Shown piece after piece: positions 1-7,552 of a DNA stretch of 27,628 nt. The notes under the pieces were generated by a model. It was given only the letters and a program-made list of their open reading frames with translations, was not told the origin of the DNA and did not search any database. Position numbers and translations under genes: made by a program. Position 1 is the stretch's first letter. The number at the start of each line of letters is the position of its first letter. Source of the stretch: Deltaproteobacteria bacterium (lineage in GTDB: Bacteria; Myxococcota; Kuafuiibacteriia; Kuafuiibacteriales; Kuafuiibacteriaceae); the NCBI GenBank assembly GCA_040218735.1, contig JAVJQW010000021.1, positions 1 to 27,628 of the forward strand, given 5' to 3'.

Positions 1-189
1 GTCGATTCTGCTGATCTCCATCTCTGAGCTGAAGGCGACCACTATGACGTACTGAGTTTCCTGAGGTGCGATGCTGAATTCGAGCCACACGGATTCCTGT
101 GGATCCGCCGGAAACAAGGTTACGTCTACGAGCACGAGACGTTCCGCGAGCGCTGCTTCGAACGCGACGAGCTCGCCGAGCATTCCGCG

Positions 190-387
190 GTGGTGGTCGA
201 AGTAGCGGCTGAGGCTGGCATCGCCGCTGCTAAGTGCATCGACCAGGGCAGTCCGCGCTCGGGTCTCGAGGGAGTCAAGGTCCGCCGCCTTGTCGTAGAG
301 CGAGGTCAAGGCGGCCCGCTCAAACGAGTCGCCTTCGATATCGAGGGACACGCGAACGGTACGACCCGCGTGAGAGACTTCTGCTGA
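190..387 (+). CDS. hypothetical small ORF or gene remnant; the same frame is open back to position 28 with no ATG/GTG/TTG before 190
   Basis: The frame from 28 to 387 has balanced, protein-like composition (..FLRCDAEFEPHGFLWIRRKQGYVYEHETFRERCFERDELAEH..). The first start-like codon is GTG at 190. Local GC is lower than in the rest of the window. No recognisable motif. Confidence 0.15.
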   Translation: MVVEVAAEAGIAAAKCIDQGSPRSGLEGVKVRRLVVERGQGGPLKRVAFDIEGHANGTTRVRDFC

Positions 388-499
388 CGGACAGTTCTCC
401 GTTTCGGGTGCCGGAGTTCCGAGGACTGCTCTGTAGTCAATCACGGAGATCTATACCTAGGTTCGCACTGTATCGACTCTTGGCATCAGTCAGCCCAAC

Positions 500-575
500 A
501 CCAAGTCTACGGTCTTGGCGATCGCGTTCGCCAAGTCTAGGCGATCGCGTTCGCCGAGTCTTGGCGATCTCGATA
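500..575. repeat. tandem repeat of a 20-bp imperfect palindrome, 23-bp period, 2 full copies plus a partial third
   Basis: Copy 1 is 516-535 ttggcgatcgcgttcgccaa and copy 2 is 539-558 taggcgatcgcgttcgccga. A degenerate copy 3 starts at 562 (ttggcgatctcgat). Each copy is a palindrome with one mismatch pair around a GCGATCGC core. Flanking ccaagtct / agtcttgg inverted motifs nest the copies. The region is non-coding. Confidence 0.6.
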
Positions 576-623
576 TAGCAGCGAAACTCCCGTGCCAAGC
601 CACGCCCCCGCGAGATCTCCGCG

Positions 624-1025
624 CTACGAATCCGCGCCGGGCATCAGTTGGTACGTGGCTACCTCCCATCGGCCGCCCACTCGGCGTAGCGTGACGTGGG
701 CTCTTTGCTCCACGCGGGCGCCGTGCTCTTCGCACGTGCCCGTGGCTACGAAGTTCCAGCCTCCGCTCGCCGGGGTTGCCACCAGCGAGTAGGTCGCGCC
801 CTCGAGGTCGCCGGTCAGGCGCGACGGAGCTCCGCCGCGGGCGACGAGGGCTCGGCCTCGCTCGACCGCGCTCTCCGCGGCCCAGCGGGCTGCGGCTCGG
901 CAGCGGGTGCGGTCCGCGAAACTTCGCTCGGTGTCCCGGAAGCCGTAACCCAACATCAACACCGCCGTGAGGCCGAAGATCACCATCAAGACCGCGCCGT
1001 TCGAGGAGCCCCTACGCCTACTCAT
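624..1025 (-). CDS. pseudopilin-like membrane protein, minor pilin candidate
   Basis: N-terminal hydrophobic helix GAVLMVIFGLTAVLMLGY. The C-terminal part resembles the beta-sheet tail of neighbouring pseudopilins (GGWNFVATG..RWEVATYQ). ATGA overlap with the upstream pseudopilin gene. It lacks the canonical GFTLIE motif, so the call is tentative. Confidence 0.4.
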   Translation of the reverse strand: MSRRRGSSNGAVLMVIFGLTAVLMLGYGFRDTERSFADRTRCRAAARWAAESAVERGRALVARGGAPSRLTGDLEGATYSLVATPASGGWNFVATGTCEEHGARVEQRAHVTLRRVGGRWEVATYQLMPGADS

Positions 1026-1465
1026 CGCCGCCTCGCTATATAGGAGGTTCGCTCCATTCGGATTCGGCGCGTACTCACCAACCGCCGCTCCGCGCGCGTG
1101 ACGACTCTGTAGCCCGCCTCTCCATCGGCGACGATCTCCAATGACTTCACCCGGGGCGCCACCACCGCCTCACGCGACAAGAAGCGACGCACCAACCCTC
1201 GGTCCGGATCCACCCAGTAGTAGGTCGACGCGCCCTCGCTGACGATCTCGATTCTGTCGCCCACCTCGACCGCCGACGAACCCACCACATCGCGCTGAAT
1301 GCGCTCGTGCGTGAGCGCCAAGTTTCGCTGGATCGCGTTCGTCGCCTCGATGCGCGTCGCCGCGATGCGGCCTTCGAGATACAACTTACCGATCGCCCCA
1401 ATCGTGATCGGCAAGATCACGATCACGATCATCAACTCGATCATCGTAAAGCCCCGGCGCTTCAT
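1022..1465 (-). CDS. prepilin-type N-terminal cleavage/methylation domain protein (pseudopilin)
   Basis: N-terminus MKRRGFTMIELMIVIVIL is a classic class III signal: G|FT.IELM with Glu at +5 and a hydrophobic helix. ATGA overlaps on both sides. Confidence 0.7.
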   Translation of the reverse strand: MKRRGFTMIELMIVIVILPITIGAIGKLYLEGRIAATRIEATNAIQRNLALTHERIQRDVVGSSAVEVGDRIEIVSEGASTYYWVDPDRGLVRRFLSREAVVAPRVKSLEIVADGEAGYRVVTRAERRLVSTRRIRMERTSYIARRR

Positions 1466-1827
1466 CGCTCCACCCAGACCAAGCTCTCCAACGCCTGCCG
1501 CTTTCCGTCGACCTCAGCCTCCACGCGCAACCACGTCGTTCCGTCCGGCCCTCGCCGAACCTCTCGCTTCACCGCAGCCCGCACCCACGAATCACTCTCC
1601 GCCGAAGCCGTCGTTGACGACGCGACCTCGCGCAGACACGCCCGTGTGTCACAGGCGCGAAGACGCTCCATCTCGATCTCCAACACCCGCCCCAGCGCCT
1701 CTCGGTTCATCGCTCGCGTCGTCTCCCGCTGGTAGGAGCCGAAGTTCGCGAACAACGACGCCGACGCGATCCCGATCAGCGAGACCGTGATCATCAACTC
1801 GATCAACGTGTAGCCGCGGCGATTCAC
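1462..1827 (-). CDS. prepilin-type N-terminal cleavage/methylation domain protein (pseudopilin)
   Basis: A GTG start gives VNRRGYTLIELMITVSLIGIA, matching the G|YTLIELM prepilin motif. The GTG overlaps the upstream stop (GTGA). The larger ORF in the track (to 2049) is an upstream extension that overlaps the preceding gene. Confidence 0.65.
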   Translation of the reverse strand: MNRRGYTLIELMITVSLIGIASASLFANFGSYQRETTRAMNREALGRVLEIEMERLRACDTRACLREVASSTTASAESDSWVRAAVKREVRRGPDGTTWLRVEAEVDGKRQALESLVWVER

Positions 1828-2480
1828 CAGACCTCCACGAAGGCCGCCGCGCCCACCAACCCGAAGTACAACCCCCAAAAACACAACACGGTCCACACCG
1901 CTGCCGCACCGATGAAGAAGGTCGACGTCGAAGGCACCGGTCGACGCTCGTGAGGCGGATCCGTCACCGACGCAATCGCCAAGTTCTGACCGAGCTGACG
2001 CGCATCGAAACGACGCTCCAGCGACGCCCGCGGGACATCCGCGACCCACGCCGCAATCTCCAACGCATCGACACCCGAAACCCCATCACGGGACAACGCC
2101 ACCAACACCGCCCGGGCCTCCTGCTCGCGCGCCTCGCGCTCCTCCCGACGACCTCTCCACCGCGGCACGACAAAACCCACGATGACCAACAACACCGCCA
2201 CCAAGGGCAGGTACGTCGCCGGCGACGATGCGCCCGGCGCCAACGACGCCAAGTCACCCAACGCCCGCGCACCCAGTACCGCCGCCGCCAACGTCGACAG
2301 CGCCGTCGCGACGCGCCACGTCGCACGCTTCGCCGGCGCAGACGCCAACGACGCCGTCACCTCGACGAGCCTGTCCGCCACCGCGTGCGGCGAATCCAAA
2401 CCGCGCACGCGCCTGACGATTTCATCGCCGCCGTTCTCGTGGAGCCCCACCACGATCTCACTTGCGCGCAGGACACTCAT
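1824..2480 (-). CDS. inner-membrane protein with a type II secretion system F-like domain (TadB/TadC-like platform protein)
   Basis: Segment AVLVALSRDGVSGVDALEIAA resembles the T2SS-F hallmark (L..LL.aG.sl.eAL). Hydrophobic helices in the middle and at the C-terminus. ATGA-coupled inside the pilin operon. Confidence 0.4.
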   Translation of the reverse strand: MSVLRASEIVVGLHENGGDEIVRRVRGLDSPHAVADRLVEVTASLASAPAKRATWRVATALSTLAAAVLGARALGDLASLAPGASSPATYLPLVAVLLVIVGFVVPRWRGRREEREAREQEARAVLVALSRDGVSGVDALEIAAWVADVPRASLERRFDARQLGQNLAIASVTDPPHERRPVPSTSTFFIGAAAVWTVLCFWGLYFGLVGAAAFVEVW

Positions 2481-3433
2481 ACGATCGAAACTCCGAGCCG
2501 CGCCGCATTCAGGATGACCGGGTGCGCCGCCATGAAGACCGCCGCCACCAACAACGCAAACCCGAGCGCCGAGATGACCGCTCCCAAGTGATTCGTTCGG
2601 TCTACCGTCAACGCCACGCGCCGGACACGCTCCAGCACCGCGAGCTCGTCCTCACCCTCGAGACGCACCGCCACGTTCTGCACCTCGACCGGCTCCTGCC
2701 GCGCCCACGTCCGCACCACGCTCATCACATCCGCCTGTGACTTCGCCTCGGACCACAACCGCTGCGCCGAGGTCTGACCCATCGCCGGCGTTGGTATCCG
2801 CCGGAGCAGCTGCTCACCCGCGACCCCCGCCACGGACGCCGCGCCCAACCAACCCAACAACGCATCGAGCCCCGCTGGCTCGCCCATACGCCGCGGAATC
2901 GGGAGCCCCGTGCGCGCGAGGAAGTCATCGTCGAGCATCATCACGCCCAACAAACCTGTCTCCGCCAACGCCCGCGCCGACATGCCTCGCGAAGCGCGCG
3001 CGATACCCACGACCCCCAGGACCATCGCCAGCCCCGCCAACACCGTGACCGCCGTGCCGTTGTAGGCGACGACCCCCGTACCTGCGATCTCCGCGAAGAT
3101 CGGCGCGACGAACTTCCCGACCACCGACCCCAACGCCATCGTGAACGCACCGCCGAGGAAGAGGCCGGTGGGGTGGGTCGCCGCCCGCGGCGCGCTCGCC
3201 CGCGGACGCAACGCGCTCAACATCCACTCCGCACAACGACTCCGCGCCTCCGCCGGACACACCGACAACAGCGCCGGCACCGCACGGGGCGCCAACCCGG
3301 CGGAAGACACGTCGGTCACGCCCAGCGGCGCCAACGCCTGCTCCAGCGTCGCACCCACCGCCAACGCACCGAGCACCGTCCGCGTTCGCTCCGACGCAGT
3401 CCCGGCAGTCGCCCGACTCGAACGATCCGTCAC
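2477..3433 (-). CDS. inner-membrane protein with a type II secretion system F-like domain (TadB/TadC-like platform protein)
   Basis: N-terminal TRTVLGALAVGATLEQALAPLG matches the T2SS-F motif. There are several TM helices (GLFLGGAFTMALGSVVG, VLAGLAMVLGVVGIA, ISALGFALLVAAVFMAA). GTG start 1 nt after the pilin stop, with GGGGGAG upstream. Confidence 0.45.
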   Translation of the reverse strand: MTDRSSRATAGTASERTRTVLGALAVGATLEQALAPLGVTDVSSAGLAPRAVPALLSVCPAEARSRCAEWMLSALRPRASAPRAATHPTGLFLGGAFTMALGSVVGKFVAPIFAEIAGTGVVAYNGTAVTVLAGLAMVLGVVGIARASRGMSARALAETGLLGVMMLDDDFLARTGLPIPRRMGEPAGLDALLGWLGAASVAGVAGEQLLRRIPTPAMGQTSAQRLWSEAKSQADVMSVVRTWARQEPVEVQNVAVRLEGEDELAVLERVRRVALTVDRTNHLGAVISALGFALLVAAVFMAAHPVILNAARLGVSIV

Positions 3434-3434
3434 G

Positions 3435-3893
3435 TTACTCCCCCGGCTTCGTCACGCTGAGGGCCATCGTGTCGCCGTCGTAGCGATACTCCGAGCGCTC
3501 ACCGTCCTGGTCCAGGTCCCCCGTCGCGAACACCACGAACGCGTCGCCCTTCGTCTCGACGCGATACTGAAACCGCATCTTCCCCTCCGGCTCGAAGCCG
3601 AGCTCCTGCCACTGGGGCATCGACTCGAAGAGCGCGAGCGGCGCGGGCACCTCGCGTGGGTTCGCAGGACATGCGATCGGGCGCCCACGCTCGAGGATCG
3701 TCACCTGCTGCAAGTACGCGATCGTCTCGAGGTTGACCGCAGCCTCCGTCGCGCGAGCGCGGTCCAGGTAGACGCGGTACGTCGGCACCGCGAGGCTGAT
3801 GAGTATGGAGATGACCGCGAGGACGCTGGTGAGCTCGAGGAGCGTGAAGCCACGGGGCGTCTTTCGGCGGGGCACTTTCGACAACGTAGCCAT
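3435..3893 (-). CDS. type IV pilin-like protein (prepilin-type N-terminal domain, major pilin candidate)
   Basis: Leader MATLSKVPRRKTPRG|FTLLELTSVLAVISILISLAV: a positively charged leader, G|FTLLE with Glu +5, and a long hydrophobic helix. The C-terminal half is compatible with a pilin globular domain. Confidence 0.7.
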   Translation of the reverse strand: MATLSKVPRRKTPRGFTLLELTSVLAVISILISLAVPTYRVYLDRARATEAAVNLETIAYLQQVTILERGRPIACPANPREVPAPLALFESMPQWQELGFEPEGKMRFQYRVETKGDAFVVFATGDLDQDGERSEYRYDGDTMALSVTKPGE

Positions 3894-3906
3894 CTCCGAG
3901 GACCCG

Positions 3907-4500
3907 TCAAGGTGAGCGCGTGAGCACCTTCTTGATTCGGTGCTGTCCGACCCACGCCTTCTTGTTCGACTCCGTCGCCGTGACCTCGATCGAAGTCAGG
4001 TAGGTGCGCACCGCCTTACCCCCCGCCTCGTCGTTCTGCGAGACGATCCAACCGTTCATCAGGAAGTCCGCAGCCGTCTCGAGGCCCTGACTCTTCGCCG
4101 TCTCGTCGCTCGCATTCTCGGCCTGGTCCGCGCGCTCGTCACGCATCGCGTCGGCCTCCTCCATGCTGCTCACGACCTCGACCTGTCCCGAGTTGATCAG
4201 CGCCGCCTCGATCTGCTTCGTAAAGTACCGGTAGTCCAGGTACCCGTCCGTCTTGTTGCGCACCGGCGCGAGCCGCACCACCGGCTTTCGCCCCGCCTCC
4301 TTCGCGAACATCTGCGCCCACGGGCTCGTCAGACACTTCACGATGATCGCCTGCGCCACCGCGTCCGCGTCGACGTCGTTCCACTCCCCCGACAAATCCA
4401 GCGCCTCGTTGGTTCGCTCGATCTTCGGCCCCTCCGCCGGTGGGGTCGACGAAGCACAAGCGCTCGCGAGCAGGAACAGCAACGGAGTCGGACGACGCAT
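3907..4500 (-). CDS. LpoB-family lipoprotein (penicillin-binding protein activator LpoB-like fold)
   Basis: Lipobox LLASAC. Blocks align, from my memory of E. coli LpoB, as follows: SGEWNDVD vs YDWNGAM; KPVVRLAPVRNKTDGYLD vs LLVDSVNNRTNGSLN; QIEAALINSGQVEVVS vs TLRNALANNGKFTLVS; LTSIEVTATESNKKAWVGQ vs LQMQLMLVQTGEIIWSGK. Confidence 0.7.
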   Translation of the reverse strand: MRRPTPLLFLLASACASSTPPAEGPKIERTNEALDLSGEWNDVDADAVAQAIIVKCLTSPWAQMFAKEAGRKPVVRLAPVRNKTDGYLDYRYFTKQIEAALINSGQVEVVSSMEEADAMRDERADQAENASDETAKSQGLETAADFLMNGWIVSQNDEAGGKAVRTYLTSIEVTATESNKKAWVGQHRIKKVLTRSP

Positions 4501-4555
4501 GCTGCGGACGTTAGGTCACTCCGGCGCCTCACGAAAGTCCGCTATCATCCGCCGC

Positions 4556-6055
4556 GTGAGAGCAGCCCCCATCCTCGTCGCCGCCGCGACGCTCCTCCCC
4601 GCGGTCGCCCACGCCGACGCGGTCCGCGTCGTCTACCGCGTCGAGGCCGACGTCGGGTCGTGGCAGCCCATTCAGCCGACCGACCTGAAGGCCGCCATCG
4701 AGCACGCCGCCCTCGAAGTGCTCACCAAACCCGGGCTCATGCGCCTCGACCGACGCCGCGGCCGCGGCGTGAAACAAGCCGAAGGCGCCTATGAGCTCAC
4801 CATCGCCGGACAGCTCCTCGGTGAAGCCGAGACACATACGGTTTATCTCTCCTTCGGCCCCGGCACCGAGCACGACGTGCCCTCCGTGAACACGTCCGAG
4901 ACCGTCGTGCTCACCAAGCTGAAGCGCGGCCAGATGCTCGAACGAATCGAGAAGAGCGCACGCGAAGCGGCCGCACGGCTCGTGAAGATCCTCGCGCCCG
5001 AGCTCCGCCGCGCGGGCAACGACGCTCCCCCCACCACCCCCGCGTTCGAAGGGGTCAAGGAGTGGCCCTGGAGTTGGTCCGAAGTGCGTGTCCCGCGTCC
5101 GCGGCTCGGGACCAACGGCAAGGACCTCTACAGCAAGAAACACGATCGCCGAAAGCGCGCGCTCCGCGTGCTGACTTCGCTCGCGCTGCAGGAGTCGTCA
5201 CCGCGACAGATCCTCGAGAAGTGCGCGCTCGACCACTTCGACGACGAGACCCGCCGCGGGTGCCTCGAAGCCCTGCGCCCCCTCGCGATGAAACACGCAC
5301 CGACGCGGCGGATCGTCATCGAGGTCTTCCGACGCGACAAGGAGAGCCGAATCCTCCAGGAGGCGATCGATCAGATGAAGTACTTCGAGGGCCCCTCGCG
5401 CGAAGCGGCGGTGCAGGCGTGGCTGGAGGCCGCGTCCCTCGGCAAGGGCTACGGCCCGCTCGCGAACCTCGGCGACATGCCGAACCTCGACCTCGCGATC
5501 CGCAAGTGCCTCGTCGCGCGCAACCAGAAGAAGAACGACTACTCGCGCCGCCCGCACACGTGCATCGAGCTGCTCGACCCCGTGCCCTACCGTCGGCGGC
5601 GCGCGATCCTCTGGCGCTTCGTCCGTGAGATGAAGCCGGACTCACCGTACTACCTCGAAGGGCTCGGCGAGCGCGAAGGGAGCAGCGGCACGGCGTGGGG
5701 CAACGCGGTGAAGGCGCTCCTCGAACCCGCGCAGGCCTGGGACCCCGCGTTCGAAGAGGTGCTGTGGAACCGCTACCAACGGACCCTGTCGTCCACCGCG
5801 CGCGACGCGCTCTGCTCTTGGGCGCCCGCGTCGAAGAAGGGCGTCGAACGACTCCTCGAGATCCTGAAGACCACCGGTGAGAGCCGCGCGCTTCGCGGGC
5901 TCGAACGCATGGGGAAGAGCGACCCGAAACACGCCGGACCGATCAAGGACGCGCTCGCCGAGATGCTCGCGATCGGCAGCTTCCCGAAGGACGTCAGCCG
6001 CTCACACCTGGAGCGCACCATCAAGGCCATCGAGCGCGCGGAGGCGAAGCGATGA
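4556..6055 (+). CDS. secreted protein, paralog A: novel N-terminal about 130-aa domain plus HEAT-like repeats
   Basis: A GTG start gives the Sec signal VRAAPILVAAATLLPAVAHA|DA. An in-frame ATG at 4499 is an alternative start but would overlap the divergent lpoB-like start codon. The C-terminal half has HEAT/PBS-lyase-like repeats (CALDHFDDETRRGCLEALRPLAMKHAPT..). It shares its architecture and the VYLSFGPG motif with the next gene. Confidence 0.6.
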   Translation: MRAAPILVAAATLLPAVAHADAVRVVYRVEADVGSWQPIQPTDLKAAIEHAALEVLTKPGLMRLDRRRGRGVKQAEGAYELTIAGQLLGEAETHTVYLSFGPGTEHDVPSVNTSETVVLTKLKRGQMLERIEKSAREAAARLVKILAPELRRAGNDAPPTTPAFEGVKEWPWSWSEVRVPRPRLGTNGKDLYSKKHDRRKRALRVLTSLALQESSPRQILEKCALDHFDDETRRGCLEALRPLAMKHAPTRRIVIEVFRRDKESRILQEAIDQMKYFEGPSREAAVQAWLEAASLGKGYGPLANLGDMPNLDLAIRKCLVARNQKKNDYSRRPHTCIELLDPVPYRRRRAILWRFVREMKPDSPYYLEGLGEREGSSGTAWGNAVKALLEPAQAWDPAFEEVLWNRYQRTLSSTARDALCSWAPASKKGVERLLEILKTTGESRALRGLERMGKSDPKHAGPIKDALAEMLAIGSFPKDVSRSHLERTIKAIERAEAKR

Positions 6056-7548
6056 TCCTCGAGTTGCTCACGATGATGACCATCGCGTCCGCCGGGGAGC
6101 CGGCGGCGGTGCGCTACGCGGTGAAGGTCGAGACACGCTCCTGGGAGCCGATCGCGATCAAACAGGTCGAGAAGTTCGTCGAAGCGGCGGTGACCGCCGA
6201 GCTGTCGAAGACCAAGTCGATGCGCCTCGAGCGCGCTTCGTTCGCGGACGTGAGGAAGGGCGACTACTCGATCGCGATCCTCGGGCGCTTCGTCGAAGAA
6301 GCGGAGCGCTTCAGCGTCTACCTCACGTTCGGGCCGGGCGCGAAGGACGACCTCCCGACCTACTTCGCGAGCGACACCTCCGAGCCCCTCGGCCGACAGA
6401 AACGCAGCGTGATGCAGGCGCGCATCGACGCCGCCGCGCGCCGCGCGGGGGAGCGGTTGGCTCAGGTCGTCGGGCCGGCGCTCGAGAGTGTTCGGCTGCG
6501 TATCGATCCGCTGCCGATCGAGGAGCCGGACCTCCCGGTGCGGTGGGGTGAGGTCGACGTCCCCGAGGTCACGACGAAGGACAAGGCGATTCGTGACCTC
6601 CTCGACGTCCGCAACCCGGACCACGTTCGCCACAAGGCGCTCACCAAGATCCAAGGTTTTGCGTTCGACCAGCAGGTGGCGCGCAACGCGATCGAGCGGT
6701 GTGTGTTGTTCGACCCGCTCGCGGATCTGCGCGCACGGTGTGTGAAGGCGCTGGCGCCCATCGCGCGCGCGCACGTCCCGACGCAACGTGTCTTGCTCCA
6801 CGCAATGCGCGTCGACGTCGACGACAACGTCCTCGCCGCGCTCACCGACGTGTCGAAGGGCTTCGTCGGACTGTCGCGCCTGGAGACGCTCTCGACGTGG
6901 CTTCACCTCCTCGCCCGCCCCGGCACCCCGGAGCGCGCGGCCGGGGCCATCGCGCAGCTCGTGGCGAGGGAGGAGGAGGTCGCCAACCTCGAGTTCGCGG
7001 TGGCGGCGTGTCTGCAGCAGGACATCGTCGAGACCTCCAAGCGCTACGACTGTGCGCGGTATCTACTGAAGCGATTGCCGCGGAGCCGCCAGGTCGCGGC
7101 CGCGTGGTCCTACCTGCGCGAGGCGAGTGTCTACGGGACGGGGGAGAAGCTCGCGTACGAGGCGGTGCTCGACGTCATCGCGCCGCGTGCGACGCGCGAG
7201 CCGGTCGACGATCGTGTCCCGCAGCTCCTCCTCGATCTCGCGGAGCGTCGCGCCACCGGGCACGTGCGGTACGCGCTGATCTACCGCGCGGGGGACCGCG
7301 CGCCCGCGACGCCCGCGACGATCGAACGGCTCCTGAAGATCGCGCACGACCAAAAACACGCGACGGCCGCGATTCGCGCGGCGGTGGAGGTCGCGGACCG
7401 CGGAGAGGATCTGCTCCCGATGACGCTCGGTGGGCTGAAGCAGCTCGAGAAGAAGGCGCGCTGGTTCCCGCAGCCCTCGCGCGGCAACCCGTACCGCGAT
7501 CTCGCGAAGGCGATCGAACGCGTGGAGCGCAAGCTCGAGAAGAAGTGA
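6052..7548 (+). CDS. paralog B of the preceding gene (novel N-terminal domain plus HEAT-like repeats)
   Basis: ATGA overlap with paralog A. Collinear similarity: VRYAVKVETRSWEPI vs VRVVYRVEADVGSWQPI; MRLER vs MRLDR; VYLTFGPGAKDDLPT vs VYLSFGPGTEHDVPS; HEAT-like CVLFDPLADLRARCVKALAPIARAHVPT; C-terminal KAIERVERK vs KAIERAEAK. Confidence 0.6.
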   Translation: MILELLTMMTIASAGEPAAVRYAVKVETRSWEPIAIKQVEKFVEAAVTAELSKTKSMRLERASFADVRKGDYSIAILGRFVEEAERFSVYLTFGPGAKDDLPTYFASDTSEPLGRQKRSVMQARIDAAARRAGERLAQVVGPALESVRLRIDPLPIEEPDLPVRWGEVDVPEVTTKDKAIRDLLDVRNPDHVRHKALTKIQGFAFDQQVARNAIERCVLFDPLADLRARCVKALAPIARAHVPTQRVLLHAMRVDVDDNVLAALTDVSKGFVGLSRLETLSTWLHLLARPGTPERAAGAIAQLVAREEEVANLEFAVAACLQQDIVETSKRYDCARYLLKRLPRSRQVAAAWSYLREASVYGTGEKLAYEAVLDVIAPRATREPVDDRVPQLLLDLAERRATGHVRYALIYRAGDRAPATPATIERLLKIAHDQKHATAAIRAAVEVADRGEDLLPMTLGGLKQLEKKARWFPQPSRGNPYRDLAKAIERVERKLEKK

Positions 7549-7552
7549 GCGC

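Noticed and set aside
455-470. A tRNA-like GGTTCG T-loop motif (taggttcgcactg).
   Set aside because: There is no complementary T-stem, acceptor stem or anticodon arm around it. It is an isolated hexamer.
500-575. Possibility that the 23-bp repeat is a CRISPR array.
   Set aside because: There are only 2.5 copies, contiguous with no unique spacers between them. The unit is itself palindromic and degenerates quickly. There are no cas genes.
234-578. A 114-aa plus-strand ORF spanning the tandem repeat.
   Set aside because: It is Ser/Arg-rich with low-complexity composition, and it runs through the palindromic repeat and the AT-rich spacer. It is most likely non-coding.
4499-4501. ATG at 4499 as the start of HEAT-paralog A.
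   Set aside because: It would put start codons of divergent genes head-to-head (GCATGC) and leave no promoter space. GTG 4556 gives a canonical signal peptide ending AHA|DA. It is kept as an alternative.
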